In this document: positions 29,791 through 38,945 of the stretch, in pieces | Layout: each line of letters begins with the position of its first letter | Position numbering within the stretch: the stretch's first letter is position 1 | Source of the DNA: Puniceicoccaceae bacterium | Lineage (GTDB): Bacteria; Verrucomicrobiota; Verrucomicrobiia; Opitutales; Oceanipulchritudinaceae | Assembly (NCBI GenBank): GCA_040830765.1 | Contig: JBFOMH010000005.1 | Coordinates: 1-64,000 of the forward strand | DNA: 64,000 bases | Reading direction: 5' to 3' | Position numbers and translations under genes: made by a program | Notes under the pieces: generated by a model | Database searches by the model: none | Seen by the model: only the letters and a program-made list of their open reading frames with translations | What the model was told of the DNA's origin: nothing

Positions 29791-32700
29791 ACCGGCACCA
29801 GACGGGTCTCAATTTTTTCCTCGGCAAGACCGGTTAACACACTGGCCGCTTCCCTGTAACGTTCCAACTGGGTCGCATAGCGATCCATCAGCTGTTGCAT
29901 GGGGTCCTTATCCGGCTCGAGGGCATCGGTCTTGTAATCGTAGATGATGATCCGTTCCGGCTGGCCTGCTGCATCAAGATAGACAACAGCCCGGTCGATA
30001 ATCCCCATGGCGACACTATCCCCCTTGCGCAAGGCATAGGGCTTTTCCCGCCATAAAGCGCATCTCTGTTCCGGCCGGTTAAATATCTCCTTGCTGGCAT
30101 CTGTTTGCAGCAACTTTGCCAGCCGCTCGGCAATGTCATGGTCTGCTTCCTTGAGAAGCCCACTTCGTTCATCTTCATTGCCGAAATCTATCCACTCCAC
30201 GGTTGCCAGGAAGTCATGCATCCGGGTACCAAATTGTCGGCCGGCAGTTGAGCGTAACTTGCGGGGCTCCATGTCTTCTCCATGGGCCTCCTGTGAGGGC
30301 GAAGCTATTCGCCGCAACATCGGCTTGCGCTGGGGTAGCTTTCCGCGGATGGCATCGAGGCGAAGGGTCGGTTTCTCCTTTTTCTCCGGCACCTCAGCGG
30401 TCTCAGACCAGGCTGGATCCCCGAACTCACTCTGCCATCGAATATGGCCTTCCTCGCGTGCATCCTTTTCCGTATCCATGGTTGCGGCAAAGAGCTTGTG
30501 CCAGGTCAAGGTGGACCGGTTCACCGACGGTTCCGGGGCGATGCAGTAGAGGCCACGCTTGGCACGGGTCATGGCAACATACAGCAGGCACATCGCCTCG
30601 AACATCTGATCGTCCGTATAATCCGCATGAGCTGTCTGCAAGGTATAATCCTGCTCCAAGACCTGCTTCCGGGGAAGGTCGAGAATCCAGTCAATCTGGC
30701 CATCGGGATTTCGGCTGACGTGAAGGGATTGCTGCTTCTGGCCAATAACTGGAGATTCCCCGAATCCAGCAACCAGGACCACATCAAAACCGAGTCCCTT
30801 GGCCTTATGGATAGTCATGACCTGTACCTGGGTTGCCAGCGATGCCTCCTTCACTGTCGACTCCTCAAGATACCGGATGAAGGTCTCAAGGCCTTCCATC
30901 GCAGTTGATTCAAACCGGGTTGCCGCTTCCAGTAGTTGCTCCGCGCGGCGGCGAAGAAATGCATCCGGCTTGATGATCGGCTCAAGGAAAGCCAGCAGCT
31001 GACGGATTGCTTCCGCATAACCCTGCTCCGTCAGGAGACTGCGTACCAATCCAGCCAGACGGCGGTATTCCTTTTCATCAATCGGCAGGCCTTGTAATTG
31101 CAGATAGGCTCGCGGAAAGGCTTCATCGGGTCGGGCCAATGAATAAAGGAACGCCAGAATCCAAGTTCCCGCACTGTTATCGAAGGCAATCCGGACAACA
31201 CCTTCCATGCTGGCGGGAATACCCGCCTCACGCAATTGCTGCGTCAGTGCAGCCACTTCAGCGTTGGAGCGCACGAGCACTGCGCAACTCAGGTCACGTG
31301 AAAGAGGATCCACTTTCTCGATGACTTCAATGCACCCTCTTGCCAACGCCTCCTTGTCCTCGACAAGGCCCCAGGCGGCATAGCCACTGAGCTTTTCCGT
31401 TACTGGAGATGGTACATGATTGGCCCAACTCGTTTCCCACCTTTTCCTGGCCGCTTTCCCAATCAACTCTTCCGTCAGCGCATCCCCGAACAAGGTATTC
31501 ACGCAATCCAGAACCGGGGGCACGCTGCGCCAGGACCGGTTGAGAACCGACTTCTGGATTCCCGGTTCCCCTTGATTGTAATGCTCGTAGATCTCCCCGA
31601 AGAGACGGGCATCCCCACCCCGCCAGCCGTAGATCGACTGCTTGACGTCCCCGACGTAGAAGAAACTCCGTTCACCGCTGGCATCCTGCAGGACCTCATC
31701 AACAAAGGTTTCCAATACTTTCCACTGGATACGTGACGTGTCCTGAAACTCATCGATCATCCAGTGTTCCGTCTGGCCATCCAGTCGGTAGATGATATCG
31801 GAGGCATCAAAAACGGGATTTCCGGTGCATAGTCCCTTGATCAGCAGCATCGGGAAATCAGCAAAGACGAGGGATCCAGCCTCCCGGACGGACCGGTCGT
31901 AAAGCATGTCATACTCCGCCAGTAACTGGCCGATCGACTGGGTGATCCCGATCTTGCGCAGGATTTCCTCCCGGATGAAGGTTTGTACCAGTTGGTAAAG
32001 CAATCCACTCAGCGGCTCATCGATTTGGAGTGTCACCCTGCTGAAGGTTACCTCGGCGTGCCCGGCCTGCAGGTCTTCCCGGACAGCTAAGAGGGACTCC
32101 CAAAGCTTTGACTTGATAACATCCAATCCCGGTTGCCATTGGCGAAATTGGTTCAACAAAGTGGCGAATCCTTTAGCAGTGGAGGCCCTGAGCCCAAGCG
32201 TACCCAATTCCTTCTCAATGGAATCGAGCAACTTGCCGACATCCTCTTCCTTGCTCAGCCACCAGGGTTCCTTCCCGAAAATAGTCCCCGGGTGCCCCCA
32301 GAGGATCTCGCTCCTGTCTTCAAGGAAGAGATCATGGTAGTTCTTGAGATGGTCCTCAAATATCCTGTAGACGCTCTTTCCCTCAACCCCCCAGGTGAGT
32401 TGCTTATACATCTGCAGGACCCGGTTCTCCCGTTCCTCGTCACCCCCGGCCAGTAGCTGCTCCATGGCCAAACGGCGGGCCACGTTTTGTTCTATTTCGT
32501 CCATGATGCGATGCGCTCGCGTCAGGCCGAGTTCATAGGGAAAAGCGTTCAGGAGTCGGGCAAAGAAACTGTCGATAGTGCCCAACTGCAATCGCCCGAG
32601 TTCTTGAACCAGGTCCTTCAACAGTTTGCGGAAAAAGGCACTGTCCTTGCCCGGCAATTGAATGTCCTCTGAGAGTTTGTCTGCCGCTTCCTCACTCCCC

Positions 32701-32891
32701 GCTGCCCTGACCAACCGCATGAGGATTTGTTGAAGAAATTCACCGGCTGCCTTGCGCGTAAAGGTCAGGGCATTGATGCGGGCCGGACTGACCTCCAGTG
32801 ACAAAAGTCGCAGATACCGGTTCACCAAGGCATAGGTCTTCCCGGAACCGGCGGAGGCCATGATCATCTCATGCTGAACCGCCTGCTTCAT
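29787..32891 (-). CDS. addA: AddA-like UvrD helicase with C-terminal PD-(D/E)XK nuclease
   Basis: Motifs ASAGSGKT, TFTRKAA, TIDSF, IDEFQDTS, VGDVKQSIYGWR, MTIHKAKGL, YVAMTRAK and GIIDR...DYKTD. Confidence 0.88.
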   Translation of the reverse strand: MKQAVQHEMIMASAGSGKTYALVNRYLRLLSLEVSPARINALTFTRKAAGEFLQQILMRLVRAAGSEEAADKLSEDIQLPGKDSAFFRKLLKDLVQELGRLQLGTIDSFFARLLNAFPYELGLTRAHRIMDEIEQNVARRLAMEQLLAGGDEERENRVLQMYKQLTWGVEGKSVYRIFEDHLKNYHDLFLEDRSEILWGHPGTIFGKEPWWLSKEEDVGKLLDSIEKELGTLGLRASTAKGFATLLNQFRQWQPGLDVIKSKLWESLLAVREDLQAGHAEVTFSRVTLQIDEPLSGLLYQLVQTFIREEILRKIGITQSIGQLLAEYDMLYDRSVREAGSLVFADFPMLLIKGLCTGNPVFDASDIIYRLDGQTEHWMIDEFQDTSRIQWKVLETFVDEVLQDASGERSFFYVGDVKQSIYGWRGGDARLFGEIYEHYNQGEPGIQKSVLNRSWRSVPPVLDCVNTLFGDALTEELIGKAARKRWETSWANHVPSPVTEKLSGYAAWGLVEDKEALARGCIEVIEKVDPLSRDLSCAVLVRSNAEVAALTQQLREAGIPASMEGVVRIAFDNSAGTWILAFLYSLARPDEAFPRAYLQLQGLPIDEKEYRRLAGLVRSLLTEQGYAEAIRQLLAFLEPIIKPDAFLRRRAEQLLEAATRFESTAMEGLETFIRYLEESTVKEASLATQVQVMTIHKAKGLGFDVVLVAGFGESPVIGQKQQSLHVSRNPDGQIDWILDLPRKQVLEQDYTLQTAHADYTDDQMFEAMCLLYVAMTRAKRGLYCIAPEPSVNRSTLTWHKLFAATMDTEKDAREEGHIRWQSEFGDPAWSETAEVPEKKEKPTLRLDAIRGKLPQRKPMLRRIASPSQEAHGEDMEPRKLRSTAGRQFGTRMHDFLATVEWIDFGNEDERSGLLKEADHDIAERLAKLLQTDASKEIFNRPEQRCALWREKPYALRKGDSVAMGIIDRAVVYLDAAGQPERIIIYDYKTDALEPDKDPMQQLMDRYATQLERYREAASVLTGLAEEKIETRLVPV

Positions 32892-35683
32892 GCCCTACCC
32901 TCCGTGTGCCTTGACTGCCACCCGGGTGCCAGGCCGGTTGTGTAATCTCCACCAAACCATGGAAGCCAGTCCTCCTTGTATCGGATGGATCGGCCGGGCG
33001 GGAATTGCTCCTCCTTGATCAGCTGAACAACCGCCCTTGCGCACTGCAGTCCGGCTTCAGCCTCTGCATCACTTGGCGTCCACTCACTGAGCCGCACCTC
33101 CTTGACTGCCTTGGCAAGGTTTAGGTAGGCAACAACAGGTGTTTTCCCAACTGCCTCTCTGACGGCATGATAATACAATATCAGCTGCAGGTCTTTCCAG
33201 CGCCAGTTCTTGTCGTTATCCAAAAAGTCGATCTCTGGAAATAACGGCCCGGGTGAGGCTGCGGTGAGGCGAGTGAGGTGTGCGGCCCGGGCTTCGGTCG
33301 CGTTGTCGGATGTCTTGTAGTCAACAACTCGATACAACCCACTCTCCTCATTCTGCTCGACGAGGTCGATAATGCCAGAAAGCCTGATGCCCTCGATCCT
33401 GTAATCAATTTCCCCGGAAAAACGCCACTCCGCCTTCAACGGTTTCCATCCCAAACGGCGTTGTTCACTGATGACTCCCGCAGCCGCCCTCAAGCGTTCG
33501 CGCATTCCACTTTCCTGAATGATCGCCGGTACCCCCAGTTGGCGTCCGAATTCTTCGCCCATGACGGTCGAAAGCTGGTCCTCAAGAAAGGTTTCAATAT
33601 CAGCTTGGGAAGACAGTCCAATGCCCTCATCGGTCCCGTTCAGGCGTTCAATGACAGCATGCGCCAAACTTCCGAAATGCAACGCGTCCAATTCCACGGG
33701 AAGTTCCCGGGGAAGGTTCCACCGAAGAGAACGTTCGATGAAGTAATGGAAGGGACTGTAGAGATAGGCCGAAAAGTCGGTCACGCTGATCCTTTCCAGT
33801 TCAGCTGGGTCCGGGAGTTGCAATTGTGCACCGAACGTGGCCGGGATGGCTGATTCGGATGGCGTTCCCTCGCTCATCAGCAAGTCGACACGCTCAAGAA
33901 TGTGTTCCTCCTCGGCAAGAAAGAGAAAACGCGAAGGCTGCTCCGGATCATCATCAAGTCCCCTGTCCGGCAGGAGAATGTCCAGCTGGCCCCATTCCTT
34001 GCGGCTCTCCAGAAGCAGTCGCAAGCGGCAGGCATGGAAGGCAGCCGCTTCCTCGGGTCCATACAGGCCGAGGCGTTGGCAGAGCACCGGTGTTAGGAAG
34101 GCATCGGTCCCGTCACTGCCGGGCACTTTACTGTCCGGAAGGCCAAGCACCACCAGATGGGGTGCCCGTTCCCAGGGGAGCTCCAGCCATCCGGAGACCG
34201 GCCGTTCCTCTGCCTCGCGTTCCGGATAATAATGATGGGTCTCCAACAGGTAGTTCAGCACTTCCCAGCAATCGCCTTCAGGCAGCTCATCAGCGCCGAA
34301 GTCGGCCTGGAAGTCCTGAAGAATCTCTTCCAATTGTCCAAGTACCGACCGTGCTTCATCCGATAGTTTGGCCCCCAAAGACACTTCCTGCAGGATGCGC
34401 CAAAGCCATTCAGGAAAACTCGTGCCCGCATTTTCCCCCGCCAAAAGATTCTCCAGCAGCGTGAGAAATTCCCGGACAGTCCCGATTTCGCGGATGGGTT
34501 TCAGGGCTGAATCCAGCAATTGACTGCCATGGGTCAGCAGGCGTTCCTTCATGAGCACCACGCATGCCTCCTCCACCTTTTCAACCTGGCAACCTTGGCC
34601 GGTCGCCCACTTCCTGAAGAGCGAATGACGCAGCAATTCCAGAATCGTCTGCAGGCGCGCCTCACCCTGTAAATGGGCGATGAGGCTAAGGAACCGTCCC
34701 CACGATGTGGCTGAAAGGGATTTTCCCTCGGGCATATAAACGGGAGTTTCCGTCAGGCGACTGCGCTCCATAAGGTACTTGCCAACTTCTGCATCCGGAG
34801 CCCCGAGGACCAGGGCATCGACCTCGCTGCTGTAGACTTCAGCCAGTTCCAGAATCCTCTCCACCAACTCCCGGGGCTCGGCCGAACGTTGCAAAACTCC
34901 TTCCAGGCTCTCCTCAGGCAGACTGCGGCTCTGCCACGTTTCCGGCTTGGGCCTGCCCCGGGAATCCAGGGACTCAGCCTCTTCCTCGGGCAGTGGTAAA
35001 TAGAAGTCAATTTGCATCCCTGCCTCGGCCATCGTCTCGATACAGGCCATCTGGCGTTTGCTGAGGTTGAGAACACCCCCAACCAGAAGCCTTGTACAGG
35101 TCATTTGCCGCAATCCTGCCTGCAGGCGATCGAAGAGTCCGGAATCCGGATCCCTCAGCCCGGAACGGGACAAATCCTCCAGATAGGCAGATTCGAGATC
35201 GGCCAGTACCTTCCATCGTTCGTGGTCATTTTCCAGCCCCGCGGAGGCAACCCCGGCAAAGTCATATCCATCCTGAAGAAGGCGTGTCCGGAGTTGCATC
35301 AACTGCCCGGCAAGGGAAAAGGCCCATGTGCGCTTATGCCGTCCGGGCACCACCGGAAACAACGGTTCCAAGTCAACCGTCCGGGCCTGTATCAGGGCGG
35401 TTTTCCAGCCCAGCAACTGGCGAGCCTCGCTGGCACAATTCTCATCGCGCGGCAGGGAACGCTCAAACTGGACCGGCGTCAGGATGTGCGGCGGATGAAA
35501 GGCCTCCAATCCCTCCTCATCGCCGGAAAAGAGCTCACTCAGGATATGCCGGGCCGCCCTGGCGCTTGGCACCCAGACGAGCCAGTTATCCATGCTGTCG
35601 CCTTCAGCTTCCTTCAGCAGTTGCCGGGAGAATTCCAGGGTGAACGGCCTGGTCCAGCCAAGGTAGTGGCGACGAATTTCCAT
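32888..35683 (-). CDS. addB: AddB-like protein with C-terminal PD-(D/E)XK nuclease
   Basis: It has a degenerate helicase-like N-terminus (VPSARAAR), then ISVTDF..Y..SPF.Y, FGSLAH and GIIDLVE...VVDYKT. It overlaps addA by 4 nt. Confidence 0.8.
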   Translation of the reverse strand: MEIRRHYLGWTRPFTLEFSRQLLKEAEGDSMDNWLVWVPSARAARHILSELFSGDEEGLEAFHPPHILTPVQFERSLPRDENCASEARQLLGWKTALIQARTVDLEPLFPVVPGRHKRTWAFSLAGQLMQLRTRLLQDGYDFAGVASAGLENDHERWKVLADLESAYLEDLSRSGLRDPDSGLFDRLQAGLRQMTCTRLLVGGVLNLSKRQMACIETMAEAGMQIDFYLPLPEEEAESLDSRGRPKPETWQSRSLPEESLEGVLQRSAEPRELVERILELAEVYSSEVDALVLGAPDAEVGKYLMERSRLTETPVYMPEGKSLSATSWGRFLSLIAHLQGEARLQTILELLRHSLFRKWATGQGCQVEKVEEACVVLMKERLLTHGSQLLDSALKPIREIGTVREFLTLLENLLAGENAGTSFPEWLWRILQEVSLGAKLSDEARSVLGQLEEILQDFQADFGADELPEGDCWEVLNYLLETHHYYPEREAEERPVSGWLELPWERAPHLVVLGLPDSKVPGSDGTDAFLTPVLCQRLGLYGPEEAAAFHACRLRLLLESRKEWGQLDILLPDRGLDDDPEQPSRFLFLAEEEHILERVDLLMSEGTPSESAIPATFGAQLQLPDPAELERISVTDFSAYLYSPFHYFIERSLRWNLPRELPVELDALHFGSLAHAVIERLNGTDEGIGLSSQADIETFLEDQLSTVMGEEFGRQLGVPAIIQESGMRERLRAAAGVISEQRRLGWKPLKAEWRFSGEIDYRIEGIRLSGIIDLVEQNEESGLYRVVDYKTSDNATEARAAHLTRLTAASPGPLFPEIDFLDNDKNWRWKDLQLILYYHAVREAVGKTPVVAYLNLAKAVKEVRLSEWTPSDAEAEAGLQCARAVVQLIKEEQFPPGRSIRYKEDWLPWFGGDYTTGLAPGWQSRHTEGRA

Positions 35684-35750
35684 CCATGGCCTTCTCTAGA
35701 GGTCACCCCCGCCAAGGTCAACCCCTTCCCCTGTCATATTTTTTGGATAC

Positions 35751-35782
35751 AAAAAACCCCGGACCCGCCATGGGGTCCGGGG
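35751..35782 (-). terminator. Rho-independent terminator of hpf
   Basis: The stem CCCCGGACCC/GGGTCCGGGG has an A6 run on the plus strand, giving a U-tract on the minus strand. Confidence 0.85.
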
Positions 35783-35804
35783 CCTTAAAGGTGGGCGGAC
35801 GTAA

Positions 35805-36173
35805 TCAGGCGGACTGGGCCTTCGGGATGTCCGCGGGGATTTCCACATCATGTGGCTGTTTGCGCTTCAGTACGCGCAACCGGGAACGGCGGCGAAGCAT
35901 GCGGTCGAGCTTGTTTTCCAGCTGGTCGATCGACTTGTATAGGTCCTCAGAGGCCGCATCCGCAATGAGCGGCTTGCCCTTGATTTCGATCTTCCCCTTG
36001 GCGTGGTATGCATTGCCGTATTTCTGGTCACTGCTTAGTTCCACCCTAATTCGGATGATGTGATTTTCGTGGTCAAAGAGTTTCGAGACTTTTTCGATTA
36101 CCATTTTCTTGAGAGCCGGGGTCAGGTCGAGGTTATGTCCGGAGATAATGATATCGTTGGTCCGATCTTTCAT
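35805..36173 (-). CDS. hpf: Ribosome hibernation factor HPF/RaiA
   Basis: IIISGHNLDLTPALK..V.EK..KL and DLYKSIDQL..KL.R.LRR, with an AAGGA RBS upstream. Confidence 0.9.
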   Translation of the reverse strand: MKDRTNDIIISGHNLDLTPALKKMVIEKVSKLFDHENHIIRIRVELSSDQKYGNAYHAKGKIEIKGKPLIADAASEDLYKSIDQLENKLDRMLRRRSRLRVLKRKQPHDVEIPADIPKAQSA

Positions 36174-36443
36174 TTTGTCTTATCCTTTTTTTATGGTTTT
36201 CAGTTGGTTCCCTTTAATGTTTCAGGCACCCGGGAACTGGGTATGCCAAAATATGGAAAGTGGGGGTCGGGTACGGCACGGTTCACATACTAAATCGCCA
36301 TCGCCCTTGGGCGAATGTGCCAAGATCCCATGTAATAAGTCTGGTATCGAAGACTGGGATCCATAAAACCATAACATCAACTGGGTCGAACTGTAGCACA
36401 GGGTACCAAATTTGCAATCTTTCTCTTCCGGAATCCCCCGATT

Positions 36444-37214
36444 ATGTCCCCCGAAAATAACCATCATAAGGGTAAATCAGCCGCGGCCCCGCTTGTGGAG
36501 CCCGATGAGCTGGAGGCCTGGATTCTCTTGGAGGACGAGGATGTGATTGTCCTCAACAAACCGGGCTGGCTGGTCTGTCATCCATCAAAGAACGGGCCCT
36601 GGTCCAGTCTGGTGGGAGCGGTCAGGGAATCCCGGGGACTCGAGAGGATCCATCTGGTCAGCCGCCTTGACCGGGAAACAAGCGGATTGGTCGTCCTGGC
36701 CAAGCATCACAAGGCGGCCAGTCGCCTGCAAACAGCCTTTGCCAAGCGGAACACCCGCAAACGCTACCTGGCCCTGCTGCAAGGGCAGCTGAAAGAGGAG
36801 CGGAGGACCGAAAGCAACCTCGAGAACGATCCTGAGAGTCCGGTCGTGGTCCAGCAACGGGTCAGCTTCGGAGGCCGGGGAAAGCACGCGGAAACCACCT
36901 TCAAGCCACTGGAGTATTGGGGACCCCATACCTTGGCAGAGGTCACCCCAATAACCGGCCGCAAGCACCAGATCCGTGTTCATGCGGCTTGGCTGGAACA
37001 TCCGATCCTCGGGGACAAGATTTACGGAGGCGATCCAACCTGGTATCTTGAATTCATCGAGCGTGGTTGGACCGACCGTCTGGAGTCGGAACTGCGCTTT
37101 CCCCGCCAGGCCCTGCATGCAGAGCGCCTGGAGGTTTGGGGAGAGGATTTCCGTTACCAGTGGACGGCCCCCTGCCCCTTCGAATCAGAGTTCCGGGAGT
37201 TGTGCGGGGAATAG
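36444..37214 (+). CDS. RluA-family pseudouridine synthase
   Basis: Motifs LNKPGWLVCHP, SRLDRETSG, TGRKHQIRVH, PILGDKIY and QALHA are present. Confidence 0.92.
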   Translation: MSPENNHHKGKSAAAPLVEPDELEAWILLEDEDVIVLNKPGWLVCHPSKNGPWSSLVGAVRESRGLERIHLVSRLDRETSGLVVLAKHHKAASRLQTAFAKRNTRKRYLALLQGQLKEERRTESNLENDPESPVVVQQRVSFGGRGKHAETTFKPLEYWGPHTLAEVTPITGRKHQIRVHAAWLEHPILGDKIYGGDPTWYLEFIERGWTDRLESELRFPRQALHAERLEVWGEDFRYQWTAPCPFESEFRELCGE

Positions 37215-37228
37215 GGCCCAGGCCACAA

Positions 37229-37329
37229 CTACAGGCGGGACGCCTGTAGTCCTTTCGAGGGTCGGCTTTGGGCGAGACGGCTGTAGTCCTTTTCAGGACC
37301 TCAATGGAGTACAGGCATCTTGCCTGTAC
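37229..37329. repeat. REP family A cluster (three units)
   Basis: The units are CTACAGGCGGGACGCCTGTAGTCCTT, a degenerate GGCGAGACGGCTGTAGTCCTT and GGAGTACAGGCATCTTGCCTGTAC, between convergent genes. Confidence 0.8.
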
Positions 37330-37334
37330 ACAAC

Positions 37335-37811
37335 TCAGCCCGCTCCCTCAACCGTCTCTGCCTCAACAACCCAGACCACGGTCCAGCCGCTAGGCTCATC
37401 GATGTAGACAATTGGCGTAGCGCCTTCCAGTTCGGTCTCGACCATCTCCACGGTCGACTCAAGGGCATAGGCCTCGTCGACCTGGCCCATCTTGCGCAGG
37501 GGAAACCAGACCCCCATGCCGACCAGCATGACCGCAGCCGCAGCCGCAACAAGCTGCGGAAAGGTCAGGATACGGGCGGAGCGCTGGCGGTCGGCTTGTT
37601 CCAAGCGCTCCCGGACAGATTCCCAGGCGGCATCTCCATCAACTTTTGAAACATGGGCGCCATGGAGCAGTTCCCGGGACCGGGCAAGTTGGTCAACATA
37701 GGCCCGGGCGGCATCATCCCGATCGATCAGGTTCTCGACTTCGGCATGTTCCTGGGGAGACAGTTCTCCATCGAACCAGGCTTCGAGGCGTTGTTGTGTT
37801 TCATCATTCAT
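37335..37811 (-). CDS. Membrane-spanning anti-sigma factor-like protein
   Basis: The N-terminal LEAWFDGELS..E..EVE helical domain is followed by one TM helix (LVAAAAAVMLVGMGVWF) and an acidic C-terminus. Confidence 0.72.
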   Translation of the reverse strand: MNDETQQRLEAWFDGELSPQEHAEVENLIDRDDAARAYVDQLARSRELLHGAHVSKVDGDAAWESVRERLEQADRQRSARILTFPQLVAAAAAVMLVGMGVWFPLRKMGQVDEAYALESTVEMVETELEGATPIVYIDEPSGWTVVWVVEAETVEGAG

Positions 37812-37833
37812 CGCTGCCAGTTATTAAGTTGGC

Positions 37834-37865
37834 AAAAAGAGGACGGGCCGTCGAGACCCGTCCTC
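37834..37865 (-). terminator. Rho-independent terminator
   Basis: GAGGACGGG-N9-CCCGTCCTC has AAAAA on its plus-strand 5' side. Confidence 0.75.
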
Positions 37866-37883
37866 CTGCAGGAGGATATTTAT

Positions 37884-38327
37884 TCAACCACAGCGGGACC
37901 GGTGGTAGCCCCGGTGCGGCCGTTCAATCCAGATGCGTTTGGTTTCAAAAGTGTAGTGACCACGTGTCCAGACCCGGACCCGGTCGCCACAGTCGTTGTA
38001 GACAACGCTCCAGTGCCCGGGCACCCAGACCTTGTGGCGGGTGGTCTTCCAATAGCCCTTGGGACCGTGGTGACGCTTGGAGCAGCTCTTGCAGCTGTGG
38101 CGGTGGTGTTTGCCACAGCGGGGACCCCGGTAATCGTGCCGGTGGCCGTAGGAAATTTCCACACTGGCATGATGGTGGTCGTTGTTGTTTTCAATGACGG
38201 CTCCAGTAATCATGCCGGCGACAAAGCCTCCGAAGGCGGCCAGGGCCTCGTCGCCTGCATGGGTCGGAGCAGCGGTGAACCCCCCGAGGAGGGCAACTGT
38301 GATTAATGAGCGGATGTATTTCTTCAT
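37884..38327 (-). CDS. Secreted His-rich protein with glycine-zipper-like segment and YXWGXW-like repeats
   Basis: The signal peptide ends THA. It is followed by AFGGFVAGMITGA, a His/Cys-rich linker and GYWK..VWVPGHW..VWTRGHY. Confidence 0.7.
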   Translation of the reverse strand: MKKYIRSLITVALLGGFTAAPTHAGDEALAAFGGFVAGMITGAVIENNNDHHHASVEISYGHRHDYRGPRCGKHHRHSCKSCSKRHHGPKGYWKTTRHKVWVPGHWSVVYNDCGDRVRVWTRGHYTFETKRIWIERPHRGYHRSRCG

Positions 38328-38448
38328 GGCTTTGCTTTGTTGAATGCACCCTTTCAACGAATCCTTCGGCCGCTTTATTCAATTTATTTGAATTTTCTAC
38401 GAAAAGACTGGGCAAACGGGTCCAAACGGGAGAAAACAGGCATACCCG

Positions 38449-38931
38449 ATGCAAGATTTGAAAACAGTTGAATGCGTGGCCGAGGTACCCGCTCCGGTTG
38501 CAGAGGTGTGGAGGGCCTGGACCACCGATGAGGGCGTCACCAGCTTTTTTGCCCCGGCGGTCAATCTGCGGGCTGAGCCGGACGGACCATACGAGATTCT
38601 CTTTAACCCGGATGCACCGGAGGGAACCCGCGGAGCCGAGGGCATGCGCTTTCTCGCCTTGCAGGAACCGACCTTTCTCTCTTTCACCTGGAACGCCCCG
38701 CCCCACCTGCCGGAGGTGCGTGGCCAGCGGACTTGGGTGGAAATTCGCCTCGAAGCGTTGGACGACAACTCAACCCACGTCCGGTTGCTCCATGGTGGAT
38801 GGGGCACTGGTGGTCAATGGGAAGAAGCCTTCGATTACTTTGTCCGGGCCTGGGGAAAGGTTGTCCTGCCCCGGCTCGTCTATCGCTTTAAAAATGGACC
38901 AATCGACTGGTCCGACCCTCCCGTCCTCTGA
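38449..38931 (+). CDS. SRPBCC/AHSA1-domain protein
   Basis: Motifs VPAPVAEVWRAWTT, LSFTWNAPP and THVRLLHGGW..W are present. Confidence 0.85.
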   Translation: MQDLKTVECVAEVPAPVAEVWRAWTTDEGVTSFFAPAVNLRAEPDGPYEILFNPDAPEGTRGAEGMRFLALQEPTFLSFTWNAPPHLPEVRGQRTWVEIRLEALDDNSTHVRLLHGGWGTGGQWEEAFDYFVRAWGKVVLPRLVYRFKNGPIDWSDPPVL

Positions 38932-38945
38932 TTATCTCCAGCTCG

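Noticed and set aside
29787..35683. Novel helicase-nuclease anti-phage system
   Set aside because: Gene order, sizes and motifs fit housekeeping AddAB recombination repair in a core-gene context.
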